From assembly GCA_002633005.1 (NCBI GenBank), contig NMRA01000530.1, forward strand, positions 204,374 to 268,373: a stretch of 64,000 nt of DNA. The letters are read 5' to 3'. The DNA is from Phoronis australis (taxonomy: Eukaryota > Animalia > Phoronida). The translations under genes were made by a program, and so were the position numbers. Positions 37,041 through 49,379 of this stretch are shown piece after piece. Positions within the stretch are counted from its first letter, which is position 1, and each line of letters begins with the position of its first letter. Under the pieces are notes generated by a model. It had not been told where the DNA came from. It made no database searches and worked only from the letters and a program-made list of their open reading frames with translations.

Positions 37041-37361
37041 CCTTCTCCATATCTTCGACGGTAAAGCTCAACTCTAAGGGAGACCCACTTGTCATCTGTT
37101 TTATCTTGTCGGTTAGCAGAGCGTTTTTTATTCCTTCAGTCAAAAGTCCTCCGCATAGCTTTTGCTTAAACTGCTCCATAGCTTCTTCACTGTCGGATGC
37201 TATCACGAGTTCAATGCACCCCTTTTTGATACATACTACTTTGACTTTACCACCAGACACGCTTAGTAAATATTGTTTTAAGGTCGAGTCATCTGTTCGT
37301 TGTTCTTCAATGATTTTCCATTCCACGAAGTCGCCAAGCTCACTTTCAATCTTCAATTTTG
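37041..37361 (-). CDS. Internal exon encoding a TRADD-N-like domain
   Basis: TTCTAG acceptor, G|GTGAGA donor, 321 nt, phase 1 to 1; LKQYL..KVKVVCIKKGCIELVIASDSEEAMEQFKQKLCGGLLTEGIKNALLT..LELSFTV fits the TRADD-N-like pattern (v..v..G(S/C)i.l.v...s.eal..l....G.L). Confidence 0.7.
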
Positions 37362-37597
37362 CTAGAACAAACATGGATACAAAAGAGATTGAATACCATA
37401 GTTAACAACAATTGCTGCATTTGACAGACGTCACCGGTTCTGCAGGGTAAACCGGCTACTAAGACATCAGAAGAGCGTTAGGTAGATCTTGCTTCGTGAG
37501 AGAAAAGTAAGACTTCACAAGACCTTGCAAAATAAGAACAAAAACGAGTTTTTCTCAAGCATTCTTAGGAGTCTAATATCATATTAATGTATCCTAC

Positions 37598-37646
37598 CAG
37601 AATGGCGGCCACTGAACTGAATGATCGGTGAAGTTAGATCGTTTAT
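37598..37646 (-). CDS. Candidate exon (phase 0 to 1) INDLTSPIIQFSGRHS
   Basis: ACACAG acceptor and G|GTAGGA donor; pairs in phase with 38213-38295. Confidence 0.4.
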
Positions 37647-38212
37647 CTGTGTGGTTGGATTCACTGGGTTAAATAGTAAAGGTTTTTCAAGCTGGTGTCT
37701 TGCGGTCTACGGAGCTCAGCTGAGCATCAATCGGTTGTCAATGACGACTTCCGGTGTATGGATCAATCAGGTGCCATGAATAAAACCCTCTGTTGACATC
37801 CTAACCGGTTGAGGTTGGGCAATTTGACCTATTCGTATACGTTCAACCCTGCCGGTATTGATTGAAGACACCATGCTGTTGCAGTTAACTATATCGCCTC
37901 AGGCTGCTGATGTGGGCGTTATCTAAATAATCAGACCCACCATAAACACATAATTTTTAGTTTTAAAAGTTTTTCAATAACATGGTTGAATAGCTCGTCA
38001 AAAGTACAAGTGAGTAGGCTTTTGAATTTTGAGAATCAAACAAAAATGTGACATTTACTATCTATAATGTTCGTGTAATAGAGTTGTAATTTTATGTTCA
38101 TTATTAAATCTGCAGGGTGTGCAACTCAATTAGGCCAATTTTCAAACCCTCAGGCCCTTGTTTAAGTTTAACATGAGCCAAGTGTAATCGTACAATTCTT
38201 GCCATGACTTAC

Positions 38213-38295
38213 CTGGTTGAGCCAGCGGAACCGGTCAAGACAAAGATAATTAACATAGTGTAAAAGGATATCATTGAGAACGTACAGTAGATACA
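38213..38295 (-). CDS. Candidate exon (phase 1 to 0) YLLYVLNDILLHYVNYLCLDRFRWLNQ
   Basis: CTACAG acceptor and consensus donor CAG|GTAAGT; open frame. Confidence 0.5.
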
Positions 38296-39144
38296 CTGTA
38301 GATGCGAAAAATACAATTTTTGGGACTTAGTATAAAATAATTTCCCGATATTGTGGATCCGCCTGGCTCCTTCTTCTGAGGATTAATGATTGAATGGTTC
38401 CCGCTAAACCTTTGTGGCCTTCTGACTGTCTTCAAGGACGTGAGTGAGGCGACTTAAATCTGACCCCGCACCGTCTTTTCAAAGGGGGATGTTTGCTTTA
38501 ACCCATGTAGCCTCTTTGACACCTCGATCAAACCAAGAACTTTCTATGACCAGTACCCCCATACCCGCTGTCTCGAACGCACGTGTGCCCGTGTCACTAA
38601 GGTGATCAAAAACAGCAGAGGTTAAACCAGTCACTCATCAAAGCCCAGTGTAAGGAGCGAGGCGGCTCTTCATCGTCGGAAAATTTATTTTAAAGCAAGC
38701 TCCACAAGTTGTCGTTGATTGTTTTCCGCATCTAGTTATTCACTTGGATGAACGACCTTTTAGAAATGTGGTAACGCATACAGTAGAAATTTTGTGCCAA
38801 GAATATTTTTCTGTAAGCTGTAACGAGGTTTTTGAGATTTCATCTTGAGACATTTATAGAAAACGAAATTTGGTCATGTCATTGAAACCTTGTTTTGCTA
38901 TTAATTAAATTCTTTTATTTTTGCTTAAATTTAGTGCACAGTATCCTGAAACTCAATTATTGGTATATACATGTAGGTATGAAGCAAAAATCAAATTTTA
39001 TAGGATTTCTTCATTCAGCAAATATGTACTTTTACTTTGTGAACTCAATCTTTTTAGACTCAATTCACAGACCTTCAACGATAAGATCTTACACAGACGT
39101 AAAAATAAACATAGAATTCTAAATCAATAACCCAAACAACTCAC

Positions 39145-39210
39145 CGATGTGATTATATTCATTTTCTTCTATTTCTAGAAGTCGCTGGCGCTTGAGATTG
39201 AGCAGATGTA
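39145..39210 (-). CDS. Internal exon HLLNLKRQRLLEIEENEYNHI
   Basis: TTTCCAG acceptor, G|GTGAGT donor, 66 nt, phase 1 to 1. Confidence 0.7.
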
Positions 39211-39908
39211 CTGGAAATAAGATTTCTAAGTCTAGTGAAGGCAGCCGTCTACATGTGTGTCAGGGGTAGACTGACAATGGGTTTATTTGTTAAAACTGCA
39301 CTTCCTGAGTGTTTAACTGCCAAAAAACACGAAACTTAAACGGGGGCTCTTAAGGTAATAAACTTAGTATCATAATGATCGTTACTGGACAATCACGTTG
39401 AAATTACCAGCTACCCAAGACAATGATATAGAGTTTATTGGCCTTAGCCAATGCCAGCATTTCGAATTTGAAATTGGCTCTTACACGCATTGCCAGAGAT
39501 ATGTGTTGCCGAATCAGTCGGAAACCATTTAACATAGAATAAGCATGACAATGTTTTTCTCTAAAATTGAGACTTTATAAACAGTGGCGAAATGTTGTTT
39601 TAGGAATTATTTGTCTGCGCTAGTTGTTTAGTGTCAGGAAAAGATAGAGTCAACCTAAACGGATTTCAGCCACAATTCTTGAGAAAAATCCCGTAAGTTC
39701 TACATGTAGCATAGATAGTGAATGATATATTTTAGCTATCTGACTTCCCTCACTTTTCTCCTGTCGAAGTAATTTGTCGCTTTAGTTCTTCTCCCTTAAA
39801 ACCCGGCACTGTCGATAGTTTTCAACAAATGTTTGGATTTCACAGCACATGTGCAACCAACCACTATACTGCATACATTTAGAAATTCTGTGTACGAAAA
39901 CAACTTAC

Positions 39909-39977
39909 ATCTTTTCCTTTGGAGATCCAGAACTCGGCTTGTTACAGATCTACAATTCTTAGTTTGGCGATAAATCT
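39909..39977 (-). CDS. Internal exon IYRQTKNCRSVTSRVLDLQRKR
   Basis: TTACAG acceptor, T|GTAAGT donor, 69 nt, phase 1 to 1. Confidence 0.7.
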
Positions 39978-41442
39978 CTGTAATAGGATATTTACATGTA
40001 TTTTTTAAATTTTATATTTGTTACATATTTTCTATAAGTACACTGTACATGGTGACTCAATCAAAAAATACCCACGTTTTGTCTTATTACATAATCATTC
40101 CTAAAGAAATCCTTAGCTGTCTTATCAAATGAAAACTACTACGATTGGATGACATTTCCTCCAAATTACAAAAGATGTTGATTCGCTACCGTGTAATTGC
40201 GTGACAACAATTGCTCAAGTATATAACAATTATTCATTACCGGTTGGTCATTCGTAACCTCGACCCAGTAAGTGCCAATAACGTCATGTTTTCGTGTGGC
40301 TGCTCAAACTGTGGCGTTTTAGGAGTGCAACAGTCTCTATAACACATAATTAGAAGGTAATCTGACCCCAAAGACATAATTATTTTAGTATCCATGACAT
40401 TTGCAACAAAATGGGGGCACTTGAACAATATTTTAACAAGGCATCAAACGGTCATGAATCAGCGATATTTTGTGAATAGACAGAAATGTCATCATCCACT
40501 AATGAAACTCTCATTGTTTAAACTTAATAGCGATTTATAAAGGAAAAATTTGCAGAACCCAAACCGTGAGTAATTCTGGGCGTCCGTGTGAGTAATCTAT
40601 TTTTTGTTTTCTGCAATTATAATGTAACTTGTTAACATTCAACCAATTTTCCTGGTTGTTTCAACTAAATCAAGAATATACAATGATTGTGGCTCTAAAC
40701 GATACAAAATCCAATTCTAAACCGTGAACAGTCGTAGTCAAGGCCAATTTTCTTGTTCCATACATGAAACGCAAATAGACACAAGCGGTGTTTGTACATC
40801 CTTCCACAACATGTTGGTAATTAGTTTATAGCCCCAAACATGTAACCCACTATGTTAACATGTAGTAATTGACTTATTGCAAGCTCCGCCCCCTTGCGTA
40901 GTGTCTACTAACAAACATTATGTTTTACCCGGCAAAGTGTTGCTTGGTGGGTAAAATGGCGGCTTGGAAACGAAGGTGTGTCAAGAATGATGAGTTCTAA
41001 AGGTCAGTTAAGTAAGCCGTCACTCAAAATCCTGGCGACAGGTCAATTGTGTCAGACGACCATCATTCTATGGAGATGGCTCATTGTTCTTTGATATGAA
41101 GGTTCTTTTTAGGCAAGCACAACACAGCTTTGTCTGCAAGTGCTGCTGGATGTACTCAGAGTATTTCTATCAAAGAATCACGGTTGATTCAGGACACGAG
41201 GCCCAATACCCTTTTCATCACCAATATTACATCAACACACAGTTTGCTGTGGAACCATTCATTGTTTGTATAGTAACTGACGATGCTTGACTGAAGTTAA
41301 GCGAAACGTCTGTGTATATATGTATATATGCGAAAGTAAACGTAATGTTAAAACTTTTTGCTGTTTCATTTTCATTAGTTTATATAAATAAATAAATAAA
41401 TAAAAAAATTTAAATGACATATTTGAGTAAATGTTAGTTCAC

Positions 41443-41661
41443 CTTCGCTCAGGTTGATATGGTCATTGCTGTCTGCCGTTGGTTCTTCTGTTCTGCGATA
41501 TAGTTGTTTGACCTCGGTTAACTCAGGCTCAATTACAGAGGACTCAGCTATAGAAGCATCATCGCTGCACTGCACTGGTTTGTCTTTCTCATAGACGTTA
41601 GACAGGTGTGTCGTAAGTGAGTTATTTTCGCTTGTTCTGTCTTCAGGTGGCGAGTTGTTGT
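41443..41661 (-). CDS. Internal low-complexity exon NNSPPEDRTSEN...INLSE
   Basis: TTTCAG acceptor, G|GTGAAC donor, 219 nt, phase 1 to 1. Confidence 0.7.
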
Positions 41662-41850
41662 CTGAAAGGGAAATAATGCTGATTATATCTCCAAAATCAA
41701 ATCTCAATAGACAGCGATGCTTTAATTTAAGAAAAAGTATTACAAAAGACGTAAATAGATGCAAATGAAAGTACTATTAAAGTTTTGTTAGACGTACACG
41801 TGACATGACACGAGGATCTAAATTTACAACGCCCTCAAACAGATGTTCAC

Positions 41851-42708
41851 CTGTTCCAGTACCTAGGAAGCTAATAGCACACTGCTTAGAATGTACGAGG
41901 GTCTGTTCATCTTCGTCACCAGTTGCCGTTGACGACAGCGGGTCTCCAAACCGGCTTGAAAACGCATAGTCTCCACTGCTTGACTTGATAACTTTCCGAT
42001 TCCTTTCATCTTCTTTTGACGTTTGATCTTTTCTTGAAGACAGTTCTTCAGACTCCTTGTCTAGAGAAGCTCCGCCATCAGTGTTTGATTCGAGAACTTT
42101 GGTTTTTGTCTTGTCCTCTTCCGATGTTCTACCATGCCTCTCCTCATCTCGGTAGACCCTTGATTTTGTTTTTAGGGTTTCAGACCGACGTGTTTTCCGG
42201 AATGGAGAATCTTGGTTTCCAGTGCCTAACTCGGAAACATCGCGATTTGTTTGATCTTCGTCAGATAAGCTAGTGCCTTCCCCCAATTTATCTCTTCTTG
42301 GCGACAGTTCTTCAGACTCCCTGTCTAGAGAAGCTCCGTCATCAGTGTTTGATTCGAGAACTTCGGTTTTTGTCTTGTCCTCTTCCGATATTCTACCATG
42401 CGTCTCCTCATCTTGGTAGACACTTGCTTTTGTTTTTAGGCTTTCAGACGGACGTGTTTTCCGGAATGGAGAATCTCGGTTTCCAGTGCCTAACTCGGAA
42501 ACATTGCGATTTGTTTGATCTTCGTCAGATGAACTACGACTTTCCGCCATTTTATCTCTTCTTGACGGCAGTTCTCCGGCCGAGATTTCTGTGCTATACG
42601 AAGATTTCCCAATCCTAGGTTTTGTTTTAAATTCTTCCGCTATTGCATCTACGTCCGCTCTTGTTCTCATTATATTAATTCGATACACAATTCGTTCAGT
42701 GCAAAGAT
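41851..42708 (-). CDS. Large disordered S/E/D/R/K-rich exon with an 88-aa internal repeat; most 5' exon identified (start codon not found)
   Basis: AATTTCAG acceptor at 42708, CAG|GTGAAC donor at 41851, 858 nt, phase 1 to 1; overlaps the 303-aa ORF. Confidence 0.75.
42039..42570. repeat. 264-bp tandem duplication inside a coding exon
   Basis: G(A/G)CAGTTCT anchor at 42039, 42303 and 42567; peptide SDEDQTNRxVSELGTGNxDSPFRKTR...EEDKTKT...ESEELS occurs twice. Confidence 0.95.
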
Positions 42709-44189
42709 CTGAAATTAGACAATTTGAATAACAGCGTTACGTTGTGTGTTACACATATAAGCAAGCATGCATTTAGTCACGACCAAGAGCTTGTTACTCA
42801 AGCGTGATACGAAGGATCACAGCGGTCTATTTTTGGGACTATGGACACAGTTTGCAGGTGGTACGCGCATTTTTTTCCTTTTGTTGTACTCTCAATCGAA
42901 CTAATGAGGGAGCTTGAGCTGCGCAAATATGATTCAACCTGCTCAAAACCAGTTCCACTCTCATATTGCACATCTGCGATTACTAACCCTAAAGTCGCCG
43001 ACGGTTTCGATTTTCTCGTCGGTATTGGAAATGTAAAAGACCTACATGTAATTGGATTTTGGGCCAGTTTTACCTGAGCTTCCCGGGTACCTTTTGTAGG
43101 GCTTTAAATTCCAATTATCTACCACGCATGAAAGAGTATACCAGTGAAGCTATAGCTATTGTAATAGTAGCGTTGTTCTGTGCAAAAGTATCAGGGTTCG
43201 TAATGTTAATTGTAGCCTGTCGATTTTAAAAGTTTCCCATAAGCTGTCTAATAGTTTTGCTATTGTCAGGGAACATACAATTAAAAACACGGTGCTTTGT
43301 ATTTTGACAATAGATTTGTCGGTAAGAGGCATGTTTTTAAGTGAATCTGATCTAAGGTCTCATTCGCTACTTGCACGAATTTGACGCTTAAAAATGAGGT
43401 GTTGTGTCCAAACTACATGTACAAATGGTCATGCATGTTTGGAACGCGCGTTTAACATTTGCGTTGCTAAAATTGATACAAAAACCAGGCATTGTGTCCT
43501 AAATAACGATGCACAACAATCATGTTTGAGCAGTGCTGTACTGGTAAAGTTATAGGTAAGTAAGCGCCCAAAGCCCACAGTATCACCTTGAGCAGTGGAT
43601 TTTAAAAGTGTATTGAGTTTTCAAAACCTGATTCACAAACATGTAGGCCTATTTTTGACTCACGAGTAGGTATTTTTTCGAGTCCACAGGGGCAAATCCA
43701 GGATGTCGCAGAAACGGAGCCCAACCAAACTTGGAAGGCAAAGGGAAGCGTTCCAAGTGGTCTCTGAAGGGGGACCAGACACAATTATAAAAGAAAATAG
43801 CCACGTAGGTCGAACGCCAAGAAACGATATGCTGGCGGCGTTTTTAGTCGCCAGTGGGGTGTGTCCTCGGGGCCCTTCGATCGTTTATTACTAACCAATT
43901 CAATTCACTGAGTCATCCTCCACATTCAGCTGTACTTCATGGAAGAGTTTTAAAAGCTAAGTATGGTGCCATAATGACTATTTTTACATCTAAAATACAT
44001 TTATTGATGAAAAACATCAAAGTACTGTGTCATAGCATACCCCAGTCTTTAATTAAGTAGGCCAACGACAATACAGTAGCCCCATCACGAACCCCATTTA
44101 GCGTCAAAAAAAAGCTTGAGACGGCGCTCGCGCCAATCGAAGTGTACATGTACATGTACGACATCATCGTTTCCACGAATTTGGCTTTC

Positions 44190-44650
44190 ACCGTGTCTCC
44201 ACAGTATTGGAATCAGCGATGACTGGCCATTTAATTTAGTGCAAAATACGTGGAAAATCAAGGAAACACATTAATTTTTCATTTCATATCAGTTAATATT
44301 AAAATTGATCAAAATCATTACCTTTAGAAATTTTTATTCAATTATTTAGCACATATTCTAATACGAGCCGGTATGGGAATCCCCGGGAGAGTGACTGGGG
44401 CCGTCGAAACAGCCGGAAAAATAAAACGTTTCCTCTGAATTGTTTTCAGCAATTTCACAATGTTTATTATAAATAGTAGTTTGCTTGATACAAAAACTTT
44501 GAAGTTAGAAACTTTGCATTCATGTCTTTTTCAGTGAAGCCGAAGGTGTGAAGGCTGCGCGATTCCAATACGGGCGGCTGTCGAGTGTGTGTGTCCCGTA
44601 TTGGTATAGGCGACAATAGGCCGTTTAATTTGGTGCAAAATACTTGGAAA
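44190..44650. repeat. Diverged direct repeat pair about 395 bp apart
   Basis: GTATTGG..GCGA..GGCCRTTTAATTTRGTGCAAAATACKTGGAAA at ~44204-44256 and ~44598-44650. Confidence 0.6.
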
Positions 44651-44719
44651 CGTTACAACACGTTACACGGCGTGACAATAATGGACTCTGCGTGTGCGTA
44701 TTACTGAAATTGTTTTGGG

Positions 44720-47630
44720 AAGTTAATGACAGCAGCCCGTTTACCAATATGAAAAAGGAATTCTTTAAAAATGTAGGAGAAATTACATGTTAATACTTTG
44801 ATGACCTTTCCACCATTTGACCTCTTCCAGTGCATTATGAACCCCGACGAGGGACTAATTGTAAACTCGATTTAAAGTGTGGTTAATGCTAAGAATCACA
44901 GATTTTTTACTTCAAGCAGTTCAGAAGACAAGGTGAATGAATTGGTCAAACTTTCAGAAGAAAAATGCACCTAATGACCCATGGGTGCACCAAATGACCT
45001 GGAAATTTAGAATTCAAACTCCATTGCATTTACCAAACAGATATGTAATTTTGAAGTCTCTAGCTCAAAATTTTAGTTTGCACTTAATGACCTTTCACCT
45101 ATATCTTCTGACTGGTTGAGCCCATTGCTTAGTAAAGTGGGGGTATTTGATTGGCATGTTAGTTTACACCAGTGTGCTGAAATTGAAAACAATTCCTTGA
45201 AAAATGGAGGAGATATAAAATTTTGAACGTTAAATGACATTTGCACTAATTGACCCGATCCGGTGCATTATACGCATCTTAAGGAGAATTTTTGCAAAGC
45301 CCGTAAAAAGTGTGAGAATCACAGTTGTCTAACAGTTGACACATCAGGATACTTGGGGAATAAAAAAGACAAATTTTCAGAAGAAAAATGCACCTAATTA
45401 CCCCCATGGTTGGACTAAATGACCTGAAACTTTGCATTACGAATTGAATTTGATGTACCAATCAATACTTGTGAATTTGAAGTGTCTAGCTCAAAATTTT
45501 AGTTTGCACTCAATGACCTTCGACCTATTTCCTTTGATTGGATGACGCTATTGCTTAGTATAGTAGGGTATTTCATTGGCATGTAGGTTTACACGAATAT
45601 GCTGAAATTGAATAGAATTAATTGATAAATGTAGAAAAAATAAAATTTTGAAAAGTAGATGACTTTTGCACTAATTGACCCTATCCAGTGCATTACAAGC
45701 CCTTTTAGTAGAACTATTGCAAAGTCCGTGAAAAGTATATTTAATGCTGAGAATCACAGTTGTATAACGGTTGACACATGACTACTTGGTGAATGAAAAG
45801 GACAAATTTTCAGAAGAAAAATGCACCTAATGACCCATGGTTGCACTAAATGACCCGAAACTTTGTATTTCGAATTGAATTAGACGTACCAATCAGACTT
45901 GTGATTTTGAAGTGTCTAGCTGAAAATTTTAGTCTGCTCTCAACGGCCTTTGACCTATTTTCTCTGATTGGGTGGCCCTATTGCTTAGCAAAGTAGGGTA
46001 TTTCACTGGCATGTAGGTTTACACCAAGTGCTGGAATTGAAGAGAATTCCTTGAAAAATATAGGAGAAATAATCTTTTCAATTGTAGGTGACCTTTGTAG
46101 TAATTGACCCTATCCAGTGCATTACAAGCCCTTTTAGTAGAACTAACTGCAAGGTCTGTGAAAAGAATATTTATTGCTGAGAATCAGAGTTGTCTAACGG
46201 TTGACACATGAGAATACTTGGTGAATGAAAAGTACAAATTTTGTGAAGAAAAATGCACCTAATGACCCCATGTTTGCCCTAAATGACCTGAAACTTTGGA
46301 CTTCGAATTAAATTACCTGTGCAAATCAGACTTGTGAATTTGAAGTGTCTAGCTTAAAATTTTAGTTTGCACCTATTGATCTTTGACCTGTTTTATCTGA
46401 TTGGATGATTCGATTACTTAGAAAAGTAATTTTTAAATTGTCATGTTGAATTATACCTGTGCACCTAATTTGAAAAAGATTGCTTTTGAAATAAAGAAGG
46501 AGTAGCATTTTGAAAAATACACGATCTTTGCACCAAATGACCTCTTTCGGTGCATTAAGGAATATGAATATATAATGAATCAAAATTTATATACTGCCTA
46601 ACATCATATTTTAAATTTGAAGAACATACTTGCAACCATTTTGGTGTTATTAAAAGTCAAAGTTTGTCAGAAGAAGAATAAGAATAAGAATAAGAAGAAG
46701 AATAAGAAGAATAAAATTGAAGAAAACCCAGGAACAACTGTACTCTGCGCTTGCACGCAGATACGTAATTCTGAAGTCTCTAGCTCAAAATTTTAGTTTG
46801 CACTCAATGACCTTTGACTTATTTTTCTGATTCGTTAGGCCTATTGCGAAGTAAAGTAGGGTATTCAATTGGCATGTTGACTTACACCAGTGTGCTAAAA
46901 TTGAAAAGAATTCCTTGAAAAACCTAAGAGATATAACATTTTGAACGTTACATGACCTTTGCACTAATTGACCTTATCCGGTACATTTTAAGCATCTTTA
47001 GGAGAATTATTGCAAAGCCCATGGAAAATGTGTTTAACGCTGAGAATCACAGTTGTCTAACGATTGACACATCAGAATACTTGCTGATTGAAAAGGTCAA
47101 ATTTTCAGGAGAAAAATGCACCTAATGACCCCATGTTCGCACTAAATAACCTAAAACTTTGGATTCCGATTTGATTTACCTGTGGCAATCAGACCTGTCA
47201 ATTTGAAGTGTCTAGCTCAAAATTTTAGTTTGCACCTAATGCCCTTTGACCTATTTCACCTGATTACTTAGAAAAATAATTTATAAAATTGTCCTGTTTG
47301 ACTTATACCTGTGCACCGAATTTGAAAAAGATAGCTTTAAAACTGAAGGAGATGTAGCATTTTGAAAATTATATGACCTTTGCACCAAGCGACCTCTTCC
47401 GGTGCAACATGGAATATGATTATATAACCAATCAAAATTTATATACTGTCAAAAGTCATATGCTGAATTTAAAGACCGTACCTGCACCCAATTTGGAGTT
47501 ATTAAGCCTCAAAGTTGGTCGGAAGAAGAATAAGAATAAGAATAAAATTGAAGAAACCCCATTAACAACAGTACTCTGCGCTTACACGTGCAGAGTAATA
47601 AAATTGAAAAAACCCAGGAACAACAGTACT
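44720..47630 (+). mobile_element. Helentron/HINE-like non-autonomous elements with internal ~430-bp tandem array
   Basis: AAAAATGCACCTAAT unit at ~44961, 45384, 45817, 46249 and 47112; (AAGAAT)n tracts at ~46670 and ~47523, each followed by a conserved tail with stem-loop CTGCG-cttgca-CGCAG and GTAAT. Confidence 0.7.
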
Positions 47631-47719
47631 GTCCAGGACGTAGGGTCATGCGCGCCGTATTATTCGGAAACAATGAAGTCGTCAACGTAGCATGCATTTA
47701 TACCGCAATCTATCGTATC

Positions 47720-47910
47720 AAGTTTACGCCCCACTATACCTTCACTTACATGTACTATGCGTAGGCGATACGTTAAGATGTAAAAAGATGGTTGGCAGCG
47801 CCTATGTGCGCCTACGCCCCACTATAACAGTTACTTAACTTACGGTGCGTAGGCGCTACATGTACGTGCAAATGCCAAAAGATGGTTGGCTGCGCCGACG
47901 TGCGCCTACC
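47720..47910. repeat. Short ~87-90-bp tandem repeat
   Basis: TACGCCCCACTATA...GCGTAGGCG...AAAAGATGGTTGGC repeated twice. Confidence 0.7.
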
Positions 47911-48558
47911 TGCCATTACAGCACTGTGTTTGAGCGTTACCAAGGTAGTGTAAACAGCAAAAAACAAATAATTTCCCCATGAACCAATTTGAAATGTACA
48001 CGCACACAAAAATACCCCAAAATGCACGAATAAAACTCACTTATTAAAAAATAACATGACCAAAAGTTGCAAAAAATCCAATGTAAACGGCGGACAAAGA
48101 GATCATTAATACAAGAACACACGTGTAAACATTAGCTGTAAAGAATTATAATGCATAATGTATAGTGTATCACTGAAAACTGCTGTACACAGATTGACAC
48201 ATTACTGAAAGCAAGCAATGTTACTAGTTCTGTGTGCAAAAGGATCCAACCGACTTTCCGTTGAAAAGGAAATTGAACAACTGAATTTTAAACTATTCTT
48301 TTATATTCGCTAACTGCGAAGCAATACCGAAGATAGTTTACAGTGAAACAATACGTTAGGTGAGATAAAAGGTCATATAGATTATGACAAACTAAACTAC
48401 TACATATATCGATAAATACGTAAGTTATATAATATGTTGAGCTGTAAAGGTGGGTCACAATCTGCCACAGATGCAGCAGGATGCATCCGCCCACCCAATC
48501 TTTTACGCACATTTCCGATGAGCAAGCAAAGGAGGACAAAGCTACACAATCAAATCTG

Positions 48559-48700
48559 ATTGGATGTCAATCAAAGTCAAACATCTTAGCCAGCCAATGA
48601 GATGTAAGCACTCGGTCGTGATCAATGGTCAAGTCTGGCGCATGTACAGTAGTTGTTTTCCATTGGCTCGTCGCGCTAACTAATAATGCGACAGCATTGG
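48559..48700. promoter_or_regulatory. Cluster of four CCAAT/ATTGG boxes, candidate promoter
   Basis: ATTGG 48559, CCAAT 48594, ATTGG 48662 and ATTGG 48696 (spacing 35, 68, 34). Confidence 0.3.
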
Positions 48701-49379
48701 CCTGACCGTCGGCTAACACTAAGTGGAAATTGAAGTTTGAAGACACGGAGATGGTTTTGATTTTCTCAATTCACTGCTAAACACGTGAATAGGAGAAACA
48801 AAGCAACTCAATTTTTGATCTGTGGATATAAGCTGCAATTCGGGTCACATTTTTGATCATTCAATACTCGTTTCATTTTCAATTTTTGATATTCAGAGAA
48901 AATGAATTACGAAAATTTGAAAATATAAAAATGCCTCGATTTCCTGAATTTTCGAGTCGAACGAAATAGCGTACTTTGTTACCTAAAGGCTTAGAGAAAT
49001 TGACCGAAATGAGGCGTTTTACCGACTTACAGCTGCTTCAAAACATTTGTATTTTGATGCACTTATCTTTGAAAACTGTTATATAGTTATCATATGATAC
49101 CACGAGGTACATGTACATAATAAGACCTAATATTCATGATGCCAGTTATTTGATATCTCACAATTTGAATTGGCGATACGCATCCTAAGCTGTATGACGA
49201 TCTATACCACAGAACGTTGCACAAAATTCAAATCAATGTTTGTAAAAAGCATCTTTTTAAGACTTCATCATGTAAATAGTTACTTGAATTACCCAAGATC
49301 GTTAAAACCATAATGTCTGTAAAAGGTAAGTATATAATATTTACTATCGTTGCCGTTAACATCGTTCAGGAAGGCATTT

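Noticed and set aside
44720-47630. CRISPR-like or coding interpretation of the tandem arrays
   Set aside because: Units are ~430 bp, similar along their whole length, with no unique spacers, cas genes or open frames; eukaryotic context.
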